A stretch of DNA of 36,029 nt. Origin: an uncultured Rhodospirillaceae bacterium. Its GTDB lineage: Bacteria > Pseudomonadota > Alphaproteobacteria > MPNO01. Position 1 is the stretch's first letter. Each line of letters begins with the position of its first letter. Shown here in pieces: positions 27,708 to 35,271 of the stretch. The translations under genes and the position numbers were made by a program. A model generated the notes under the pieces. The model was not told the DNA's origin. It was given only the letters and a program-made list of their open reading frames with translations, and did not search any database. Location of the stretch: positions 1 through 36,029 of the forward strand of contig CALGIA010000296.1 of assembly GCA_937916005.1 (NCBI GenBank). The letters are read 5' to 3'.

Positions 27708-27860
27708 ATGATGAGCTATGAAGAAATCCGATCCGCCGCCGGCTCCTACGGGCTGATCTATTTCATCCTGATGTTTATCGGCGTGCTGATCTATGCGCTG
27801 TGGCCGGGCAATCGCAAGAAATTCGACGACGCGGCGCGCATCCCGCTCGAGGAGGACTGA
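27708..27860 (+). CDS. ccoQ: cbb3-type cytochrome c oxidase subunit CcoQ/FixQ (50 aa)
   Basis: Below the ORF-track size cutoff, so translated by hand: MMSYEEIRSAAGSYGLIYFILMFIGVLIYALWPGNRKKFDDAARIPLEED. It has a single TM helix, GAGGGGA upstream, and sits between ccoO and ccoP as expected. Confidence 0.85.
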   Translation: MMSYEEIRSAAGSYGLIYFILMFIGVLIYALWPGNRKKFDDAARIPLEED

Positions 27861-27861
27861 C

Positions 27862-28734
27862 GTGGCGAGCCAACCGGAAATAGATGATTTTTCAGGCGTC
27901 GAGACCGTCGGCCACGAATGGGACGGCATCAAGGAGCTCAACAACCCGCTGCCGCGCTGGTGGGTATGGGTGTGGGTTGCATCGATCCTGTGGGCGATCG
28001 GTTACTGGATCGCCATGCCGGCCTGGCCCCTGATCGACGGATACACCAAGGGCGTCCTGGGATATTCCCAGCGCGCGACCGTCGCCCGCCAGATCGACGA
28101 GGCCCAGGGCGCCAAATCCGCCCTTGTGGCGAAAATCCACAAGGCGTCCCTTGCCGACATTCGCAAAGACCCGCAACTGCTGGAGTTCGCCCTTGCGGGC
28201 GGGCGGTCCGCCTTCGCGGTCAATTGTTCCCAATGCCACGGATCGGGCGCCGCCGGGTCCAGGGGCTATCCCAACCTGAATGACGATGACTGGCTGTGGG
28301 GCGGCAAGATAGCCGATATCTTCGCCACGGTCCGGGCCGGCATCCGGTCGGGCCATGAAGACGCGCGGGATAGCGCCATGCCGGCATTCCTGCGCGACGA
28401 AATCCTGACCAAGGCGCAGATCGCCGACGTGGCCGACTACACCCTTTCCCTGTCGGGAAAAAGCGAAAAGGCGATCAAAAAAGGCGCGGCGATCTTTGCC
28501 GAAAACTGCGCCGCCTGCCACCGCAAGGACGGAACCGGCAACCGGGAATTCGGAGCGCCCAATCTGGCCGACGGGATATGGCTCTACGGGAGCGACCGCG
28601 CGTCAATCATCGATACGATTTCCAACTCGCGGCGGGGCGTCATGCCCGCCTGGGGCAACCGTCTCGATGACGCCACCCTGAAACTGCTCGCCGTTTATGT
28701 CCATTCCCTGGGCGGCGGCGAAGCCGACCGTTAG
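27862..28734 (+). CDS. ccoP: cbb3-type cytochrome c oxidase subunit III (dihaem)
   Basis: GTG 27862 is preceded by GAGGAGGA. HEWDGIKELNNPLPRWW N-terminus, a TM helix, and two haem motifs CSQCH and CAACH. Confidence 0.9.
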   Translation: MASQPEIDDFSGVETVGHEWDGIKELNNPLPRWWVWVWVASILWAIGYWIAMPAWPLIDGYTKGVLGYSQRATVARQIDEAQGAKSALVAKIHKASLADIRKDPQLLEFALAGGRSAFAVNCSQCHGSGAAGSRGYPNLNDDDWLWGGKIADIFATVRAGIRSGHEDARDSAMPAFLRDEILTKAQIADVADYTLSLSGKSEKAIKKGAAIFAENCAACHRKDGTGNREFGAPNLADGIWLYGSDRASIIDTISNSRRGVMPAWGNRLDDATLKLLAVYVHSLGGGEADR

Positions 28735-30193
28735 CCGGCGATCCTTGGCGCCCGATGTTGAAACCGTTGATGTCCAGCCGGTCAACAAGCCCGATCAGCG
28801 CGCGCTCTATGAAAAACGCCGGAAAATTCATCCGCGCCGCGTGCAGGGGACTTTTCGCCGCCTGAAATGGGCCGCCATGTCGGCGATGCTGGCGATTTAT
28901 TACCTGTCGCCCTGGATCCGCTGGGACCGGGGGCCGAGCGCGCCGGACCAGGCCATCCTGGTCGATCTGGGCGCGCCGAGATTCTATTTCTTTTTCATCG
29001 AAATCTGGCCCCAGGAAATCTACTACGTGACCGGGCTGCTGATCATCGCCGCGTTGGCGCTGTTTCTGGCGACCAGCCTGTTGGGGCGCGTGTGGTGCGG
29101 CTATGCCTGCCCGCAGACCGTCTGGACCGATCTGTTCGTCGCCGTGGAACGGTTCATCGAGGGCGACCGGGCCGCGCGGATCAGGCTGGACCGGGCCAAA
29201 TGGAGCCCCGCCAAGATCGGCAAGCGCGTTCTGAAGCACACCGTCTGGCTGGTGATCGGCGCCTGTACCGGGGGCGCCTGGGTATTCTACTTCGTCGACG
29301 CGCCGACCCTGGCGGCCCAGCTTGTCACCTTTGAAGCGCCCATGGCGGCATACGGCTTCATCGCCATTCTGACCGGAACCACCTATCTGCTGGGCGGACT
29401 CGCCCGCGAACAGGTATGCACCTTCATGTGCCCCTGGCCTCGCATCCAGGCCGCCATGTTCGACGAAGACACGCTGCTGGTGGGCTACCGGGAATATCGC
29501 GGCGAACCGCGCGGGGCGTACCGAAAAGGCGAGAGCTGGGAAAATCGCGGCAGCTGCATCGATTGCAACATGTGCGTTGTGGTGTGCCCCATGGGCATCG
29601 ATATCCGCGACGGATTGCAGCTTGAATGCATTTCCTGCGCGCTGTGCATCGATGCCTGCAACACGGTCATGGACAGGATCGAGCAGCCGCGCGGATTGAT
29701 CGGGTACGATACGGTCGCCGGTATCCGCCGCAAATCCGAACATGAGCCGGTCCGGCGACCGCGGATTTTCCGCGCCCGCACGGTGATCTATACGGCGTTG
29801 ATCGCCCTTGTGGGCGGCATCATGCTGACGGTTCTTCTGAGCCGTTCGCCGTTGGGCGTCAACATCCTGCGCGATCGCAACCCGTTATTCGTGAAGCTTT
29901 CGGACGGGAGCATCCGCAACGGCTATACGGTCAAAATCCTCAACAAGCATCACGAACAGCGCGTCTTCGACCTCCGGCTTTCCGGCCTCAAGGCGGCGAC
30001 GATTTCCATTATCGGACTGGCCGACACCCACCTGACCGTCGGACCCGACCGTTTGCGCAGCTTCCGGGTCTATGTCAAAGCGCCCCGCGCCGCGCTGACC
30101 GGCGTTTCGACACCGATCCGTTTCGACGTGATCGACCGCATGGATGGCCGCATGGTGTCCCATGACAGCACGGCAAGGGGACCGGTGAAATGA
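28697..30193 (+). CDS. ccoG: Cytochrome c oxidase accessory protein CcoG/FixG (polyferredoxin-like)
   Basis: RRVQGTFRRLKW, CGYACPQ, CTFMCPWPR, CIDCNMCVVVCP, CISCALCIDAC. The start is uncertain: ATG 28697 overlaps ccoP by 38 nt, while in-frame TTG 28745 lies 10 nt after the ccoP stop. Neither has a good Shine-Dalgarno. Confidence 0.85.
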   Translation: MSIPWAAAKPTVSRRSLAPDVETVDVQPVNKPDQRALYEKRRKIHPRRVQGTFRRLKWAAMSAMLAIYYLSPWIRWDRGPSAPDQAILVDLGAPRFYFFFIEIWPQEIYYVTGLLIIAALALFLATSLLGRVWCGYACPQTVWTDLFVAVERFIEGDRAARIRLDRAKWSPAKIGKRVLKHTVWLVIGACTGGAWVFYFVDAPTLAAQLVTFEAPMAAYGFIAILTGTTYLLGGLAREQVCTFMCPWPRIQAAMFDEDTLLVGYREYRGEPRGAYRKGESWENRGSCIDCNMCVVVCPMGIDIRDGLQLECISCALCIDACNTVMDRIEQPRGLIGYDTVAGIRRKSEHEPVRRPRIFRARTVIYTALIALVGGIMLTVLLSRSPLGVNILRDRNPLFVKLSDGSIRNGYTVKILNKHHEQRVFDLRLSGLKAATISIIGLADTHLTVGPDRLRSFRVYVKAPRAALTGVSTPIRFDVIDRMDGRMVSHDSTARGPVK

Positions 30194-30684
30194 TTGCAAG
30201 CGCGCGAAAACCCGTTACGGGCCGGCTGGTATTGTTCGTGCTGCTGTCCATGTTCGGCGTGGTGATACTGGTCAACGGGATATTTATGTATTTCGCCCTG
30301 TCGACCCACCCGGGCGAAATCGTCGGCGACGCCTATAACAAGGGGCTGCGATACAATGCGACCCTGGCCGATGCGGCCCGGCAGCAGGCGCGGGGCTGGC
30401 GGCCCGAACTGCGTTTCATCCCACGGGGGCCACGGACCGGGTTCATCCAGCTCCACATGAAGCGGGCTGACGGATCGCCGGTCACGGGGCTGGAAATCCA
30501 GGCCATGCTGCGCCGGCCCGCTGATTCCGCGCATGACCGGATGATAAAATTTTTCCCTTCCGACCCCGGAACCTATCGCGCCGAATTGACGGTTCCCCTT
30601 TCGGGCAATTGGGATATCAACCTCACCGCGCTGCGCCATAAGAAGCGGGTTTACCGGCTGGAGCGACGGCTATGGATGGACTGA
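30190..30684 (+). CDS. ccoH: FixH/CcoH family protein
   Basis: 164 aa with ATGA overlap with ccoG. N-terminal TM helix GRLVLFVLLSMFGVVILVNGIFMYFA followed by AYNKGLRYN, typical of FixH. Confidence 0.85.
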   Translation: MIASARKPVTGRLVLFVLLSMFGVVILVNGIFMYFALSTHPGEIVGDAYNKGLRYNATLADAARQQARGWRPELRFIPRGPRTGFIQLHMKRADGSPVTGLEIQAMLRRPADSAHDRMIKFFPSDPGTYRAELTVPLSGNWDINLTALRHKKRVYRLERRLWMD

Positions 30685-32888
30685 GCGCCACCCTGCCCGG
30701 TTCGACACCCCCCGACCCGACGCCTTATGTCCGGATCGATGACGACGGCACGGCTTCCCTGCACCTGATGGTCGAGGGCGCTCATTGCGCGGTCTGCATA
30801 CAGAAGATCGAAAGCGGGCTGACCCGGCAACCGGGCGTCGTCGATGCGCGGCTTAACCTGACCACGCGGCGGCTGGTGGTGCGGTGGCGCAACGGCGCGG
30901 CCGGTGCGACCGGTGCGGCCGGCGCGGCCGATCTGGTCAATGTAATCACCGGGATGGGCTATCGCGCCATGCCGTTCGATCCGGATATGCTGGCCACCAA
31001 TGACGCCGCGGAAACCCACATGATGCTGCGCTATCTGGCGGTGGCGGGGTTTGCGGCGGCCAATGTGATGCTGCTGTCGGTCGCGGTCTGGGCCGGGGCG
31101 TTTTCCAGCATGGGGCCCGCGACCCGGGGTCTGCTGCACTGGGTGTCGGCGCTGATCGTGTTGCCGGCTTTGGCCTATGCCTGCCGGCCGTTCATATATT
31201 CCGCCTGGCGCGCGCTCAGGGTGGGCACGCTCAATATGGACGTGCCGATTTCCCTCGCCATCCTGCTGACCGCCGCCATGAGCCTGGCTGAAACCATACG
31301 CGGCGGCGAACACGTGTATTTCGATGCCTCGGCGATGCTGGTGTTTTTCCTGCTGATCGGGCGCTATCTCGACCGGGGGGCGCGGGCAAAGGCGCGCTCG
31401 GCGGCGGAGAAACTCAGTGTGCTGGGGTCGGCGTCGGCCAATGTGATCGGCGATGACGGCGCCCTGTCGCTGTTGCCCGTGGCGTCGGTCCGGCCGGGCA
31501 TGATGATCGCCGTCGCCATGGGAGAGCGCGTCCCCGTCGATGGCGATGTGATCGCGGGGAATTCCGAAATCGATTCCAGCCTGGTGACCGGCGAGACATT
31601 GCCCCGGCCAGTCGGCCCCGGCGAGCCGGTTTTCGCGGGTACGCTGAACCTTGCCGCGCCATTACGCTTGCGCGCGACCGCAGCCGACGACCAGACCCTG
31701 CTGGCGGAAATCGTGCGCCTGATGGAAGCCGCCCAGCAGGGCCGCGCGCGCTATGTCCGGCTGGCCGACCGGGCCGCGAAAATTTACGCGCCGGCCGTTC
31801 ATGTGCTCGCGCTGGCCACATTCATCTTCTGGTTCGTATTCGGCGGTCTGGACTGGCAGTCCTCCTTGCTGGTCGCCATATCGGTGCTGATCATCACCTG
31901 CCCCTGCGCGCTGGGCCTGGCCGTGCCGGTGGTCCAGGTGGTGGCCAGCGGGCGGCTGATGAAGCGGGGGATATTGCTGAAATCTCCCGACGGGCTGGAA
32001 CGGCTGGCGGAAATAGACCATGTGGTGTTCGACAAGACCGGCACCCTGACCCATGGCCGCCCCGCCTTGATCAACATGGACACAATATATCCCGCGGATC
32101 TGCGTCTGGCCGCATCGCTGGCCGCCGCCAGTTCCCACCCCCTGTGCCGGGCGCTTGTCGCGGCGGCCGGCGCGGGACCCCTTGCGGAAAATGTCCGGGA
32201 GGAGCCCGGCATGGGGCTGGTTCTGGAAACCGGCGGCGGCGACATCCGGCTCGGCAATGGAAACTGGTGCGCCATTGATCAGGAACAGCAAACGGCTGGC
32301 CCAAGGCTTTGGCTGACCCAGCCGGATCGCCCGCCCATACGGTTCGATTTCAGCGACCGGGCCCGGTCCGATGCCTTGGAGACCGTGGCGAAACTGCGCC
32401 GCCGCGGATATGGCGTGGAGCTGCTGTCCGGCGACCGGGCCGAAGCGGTGGCCAACATCGCCCGCGCCGTGGGCATCGACGACTACCGGGCCGAAACCAG
32501 GCCGGCGGGCAAGACGGACCGGCTCGCGGCCCTGGCCCTGGCCGGGCACAAGACGGTCATGATCGGCGACGGGCTCAACGACGCCCCCGCGCTGGCCGCG
32601 GCTTTCGCCTCGATCTCGCCGGCCGATGCGTCCGACATCAGCCGCACCGCCGCCGATGTCCTGTTTCAGGGCGGGGCTCTGGCCCCGATTGTGGAAACCC
32701 TGGATGTGGCGCGCCGGTCACGGGCGTTGATGCTGCAGAATTTCGGGCTCGCCCTGGCCTATAACGCCGTGGCCGTGCCGCTGGCCATGGCGGGTCAGGT
32801 CACGCCGCTCTATGCCGCCATCGCCATGTCGGCGTCATCGCTGCTGGTGACCCTGAACGCGCTGCGGCTCTATTTGGACCGGCCATGA
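30672..32888 (+). CDS. ccoI: Copper-translocating P1B-type ATPase CcoI/FixI
   Basis: 738 aa with an N-terminal metal-binding CAVC, the TM CPC motif (ITCPCALGLA), the phosphorylation site DKTGTLT, and the hinge GDGLNDAP. Confidence 0.9.
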   Translation: MDGLSATLPGSTPPDPTPYVRIDDDGTASLHLMVEGAHCAVCIQKIESGLTRQPGVVDARLNLTTRRLVVRWRNGAAGATGAAGAADLVNVITGMGYRAMPFDPDMLATNDAAETHMMLRYLAVAGFAAANVMLLSVAVWAGAFSSMGPATRGLLHWVSALIVLPALAYACRPFIYSAWRALRVGTLNMDVPISLAILLTAAMSLAETIRGGEHVYFDASAMLVFFLLIGRYLDRGARAKARSAAEKLSVLGSASANVIGDDGALSLLPVASVRPGMMIAVAMGERVPVDGDVIAGNSEIDSSLVTGETLPRPVGPGEPVFAGTLNLAAPLRLRATAADDQTLLAEIVRLMEAAQQGRARYVRLADRAAKIYAPAVHVLALATFIFWFVFGGLDWQSSLLVAISVLIITCPCALGLAVPVVQVVASGRLMKRGILLKSPDGLERLAEIDHVVFDKTGTLTHGRPALINMDTIYPADLRLAASLAAASSHPLCRALVAAAGAGPLAENVREEPGMGLVLETGGGDIRLGNGNWCAIDQEQQTAGPRLWLTQPDRPPIRFDFSDRARSDALETVAKLRRRGYGVELLSGDRAEAVANIARAVGIDDYRAETRPAGKTDRLAALALAGHKTVMIGDGLNDAPALAAAFASISPADASDISRTAADVLFQGGALAPIVETLDVARRSRALMLQNFGLALAYNAVAVPLAMAGQVTPLYAAIAMSASSLLVTLNALRLYLDRP

Positions 32889-33151
32889 GCATTCTTATGT
32901 ATTTGATACCGGCCGCTTTGTTCCTGGGGCTGCTGGGACTTGTAGCGTTTCTGTGGGCGCTGAAATCCGGGCAATTTGACGATATGGACGGCGCGGCGGC
33001 GCGTATCCTGATCGATGAACCGTCAGGGCTCGATCAGGTCCCGGTAGGCGTGCCAGGTGGCGTAGCCGATGACCGGAAAGGTCACGATCAAGCCGAGGAA
33101 AAGCGTGAAAACGCCGACCAGGGTCATCAGGGCGATCAGCCACGCCCATAG
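32885..33151 (+). CDS. ccoS: CcoS/FixS cbb3 oxidase maturation protein, with an unusually long C-terminal extension (88 codons to the first stop)
   Basis: ATGA overlap with ccoI. MSILMYLIPAALFLGLLGLVAFLWALKSGQFDDMDGAAARILID is a canonical CcoS. There is no in-frame stop until TAG 33149-33151, which is 129 nt into the convergent gene. Confidence 0.8.
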   Translation: MSILMYLIPAALFLGLLGLVAFLWALKSGQFDDMDGAAARILIDEPSGLDQVPVGVPGGVADDRKGHDQAEEKRENADQGHQGDQPRP

Positions 33152-33808
33152 CAGCATGGGACCCGGATTCCGTGCGACTGTCTGAACGCTGGTCACGATC
33201 GCCGTGATCGCATCGATGTCCCGGTCGAGCAGCATGGGAACCGACACCGCGCTGATTGCAAAGACGGCGAATGCCAGCACCGCGCCGACCGCCGTGCCGA
33301 CCAGCAGAAACGCAACGCCATGAGCCGTCAGCACCAGGGTGGGAATAATTTCGGCCAGGTTCGGGATACCGTCACTGAAAAACAGCACGAACAGCAGGGT
33401 GGCGATGCGCAGCCAGAGCAGCAGCGCGATCAGCAGCATCAGGCCGATGATGGTGAGCTGGGTCGGCGCGCGCCCACCGGCCTTAAGGATATCGATCAGC
33501 CGTACCGGCTCATCGACTTCCATGCGCCGCGCGGCTTCATAGAGCCCGACCGCCAGCATGGGCCCGGCCAGGGTAAATGCCGCGCCCAGCGGCAGCAGCA
33601 GATACAACACATCGAGATAATGCAGGCACGCGGCGAGCGCATAGCTGACCACCGTGAAGGTAAGGCCATAGGCCAGGCTGATGCCCGGACGGCTCGTGAA
33701 ATCGTTCCAGCCGGCGTTGAGCCAGACCCAGGGATCATCCTTGGTGACGGTCCGGATTTTCAGCGCCCGATTGCCTGTTTCCCTGCCTGTATCGATGGCG
33801 GCGCTCAT
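33023..33808 (-). CDS. DUF2189 family integral membrane protein
   Basis: 261 aa. PWVWLNAGWNDF, GPMLAVGLYEAARR, VPMLLDRDIDAITAIVTSVQTVARNPGPML, and the C-terminal PVIGYATWHAYRDL match my recollection of DUF2189 proteins. Confidence 0.7.
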   Translation of the reverse strand: MSAAIDTGRETGNRALKIRTVTKDDPWVWLNAGWNDFTSRPGISLAYGLTFTVVSYALAACLHYLDVLYLLLPLGAAFTLAGPMLAVGLYEAARRMEVDEPVRLIDILKAGGRAPTQLTIIGLMLLIALLLWLRIATLLFVLFFSDGIPNLAEIIPTLVLTAHGVAFLLVGTAVGAVLAFAVFAISAVSVPMLLDRDIDAITAIVTSVQTVARNPGPMLLWAWLIALMTLVGVFTLFLGLIVTFPVIGYATWHAYRDLIEP

Positions 33809-33815
33809 TGGCTGG

Positions 33816-33857
33816 TCACCTCATGAGGGGTGTAACGGCCTTAATTCTATGAGGTGA
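33816..33857 (-). promoter_or_regulatory. 9 bp inverted repeat TCACCTCAT...ATGAGGTGA, plus the internal palindrome CCTCATGAGG, overlapping the DUF2189 Shine-Dalgarno
   Basis: Read directly from the sequence. On the minus strand, UCACCUCAU (33857-33849) can pair with AUGAGGUGA (33824-33816), which contains GAGGUGA 7 nt before the ATG at 33808. It lies between the gdhA stop and the DUF2189 start. Confidence 0.4.
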
Positions 33858-33873
33858 GAAGCGGATTGTCTAT

Positions 33874-35241
33874 TTATACCACGCCGTAAGCGAGCATGGC
33901 GTCGGCCACTTTGACGAAGCCCCCGATATTGGCGCCCTTCATGAAGTTGACGTAGCTATCGCTTTCCTGCCCATAGGTCACGCATTTCTCATGGATATTG
34001 TCCATGGTATCCTTCAAAAGCCGCTGAAGTTCGTCTTCGGACCAGGAAATCCGGGCGCTGTTCTGGCTCATTTCCAGGCCCGACACCGCCACGCCGCCCG
34101 CATTGGCGGCCTTGCTCGGCCCAAAGGCGATTTTGGCGTCCAAAAAGATCTGGATGCCATCCTGTTCGGTCGGCATGTTCGCGCCTTCCGAAACCCCGAT
34201 GCAGCCATTTTTCACCAGGGCGACGGCATCGGCTTTTGAAATTTCATTCTGTGTCGCACACGGGAAGGCGAGATCGCAGGGCACATGCCAGGGGCTTTTA
34301 CCCGCATGGAATGTCGCATCGTACTTATCGGCATATTCGGAGATCCGGCCACGCCGCACTTCCTTGAGCTCTTTTACGTAGGCGAGCTTTTCTTCATCGA
34401 TCCCGGCGCGGTCGTGAATAAAGCCCGACGAATCCGAAAGGGTTACCGCTGTGCCGCCAAGCTGATTGATTTTTTCCACCGCGTGGGTCGCCACATTCCC
34501 GGAACCGGACACCACACAGGTTTTGCCGTCGACCGCATCGTTGCGGAAACCGAGCATGCTGTCCATGAAATAGACCGCGCCATATCCGGTCGCTTCGGTG
34601 CGGATTTCACTGCCGCCGAATTCGAGCCCCTTGCCCGTCAACACCCCGACAAACTGGTTGGTCAGCCGCTTGTACTGGCCGAACAGATATCCGATTTCAC
34701 GGGCGCCCACGCCGATGTCGCCCGCCGGCACATCCATGTTCGGCCCGATATGATGGTGCAGTTCGGTCATGAAAGCCTGACAGAACCGCATGACTTCGGA
34801 ATCCGTTTTGCCTTTCGGGTTGAAATCCGACCCGCCCTTGCCGCCGCCCATGGGAAGGCCGGTCAGGGAATTCTTGAAGGTCTGCTCGAAGGCGAGAAAC
34901 TTCAGGATGCTGAGATTGACGCTCTTGTGGAACCGGATCCCACCCTTATAGGGGCCGATGGAGTTGTTGTTCTGAACCCGGTAGCCACGATTGACCCGGA
35001 TATTGCCGTCGTCATCCTCCCAACAGATTCGAAAAATGATGATCCGGTCGGGTTCGGACATGCGCTCGAGAATTTGCCGGTCGTGATAGACGGGCTTGTC
35101 CGCGATATAGGGAAAGATATCGTGGGCGACTTCGAAAACCGCCTGGTTGAATTCGAGCTCGCCCGGGTTGCGACGCTCAACGCCTTCGACGAAACGCTGC
35201 AGATATTCCGATGTTTTCTCCGGCGTGGCGATCTTGGACAT
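33874..35241 (-). CDS. gdhA: NADP-specific glutamate dehydrogenase
   Basis: 455 aa with PYKGGIRFH, LPMGGGKGGSDFNPKG, and the dinucleotide fold VSGSGNVA. Full-length similarity to GdhA-type hexameric GDH. Confidence 0.95.
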   Translation of the reverse strand: MSKIATPEKTSEYLQRFVEGVERRNPGELEFNQAVFEVAHDIFPYIADKPVYHDRQILERMSEPDRIIIFRICWEDDDGNIRVNRGYRVQNNNSIGPYKGGIRFHKSVNLSILKFLAFEQTFKNSLTGLPMGGGKGGSDFNPKGKTDSEVMRFCQAFMTELHHHIGPNMDVPAGDIGVGAREIGYLFGQYKRLTNQFVGVLTGKGLEFGGSEIRTEATGYGAVYFMDSMLGFRNDAVDGKTCVVSGSGNVATHAVEKINQLGGTAVTLSDSSGFIHDRAGIDEEKLAYVKELKEVRRGRISEYADKYDATFHAGKSPWHVPCDLAFPCATQNEISKADAVALVKNGCIGVSEGANMPTEQDGIQIFLDAKIAFGPSKAANAGGVAVSGLEMSQNSARISWSEDELQRLLKDTMDNIHEKCVTYGQESDSYVNFMKGANIGGFVKVADAMLAYGVV

Positions 35242-35271
35242 GGCTTTCCCCTATGTGCGGAATGTGTGCGG

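Noticed and set aside
25733-29743. Series of long minus-strand ORFs (25733-26803, 26859-27944, 28640-29743) opposite ccoN, ccoO/ccoP and ccoG
   Set aside because: All are shadow ORFs of strongly supported cco genes. Their composition is dominated by Arg/Gly/Pro/His/Asp and they have no motifs.
30895-30935. GCG/GCC/GGT-rich microrepeat in ccoI encoding GAAGATGAAGAA
   Set aside because: This is a short low-complexity Gly/Ala linker between the metal-binding domain and the first TM helix. It is in frame and unremarkable for GC-rich genomes.
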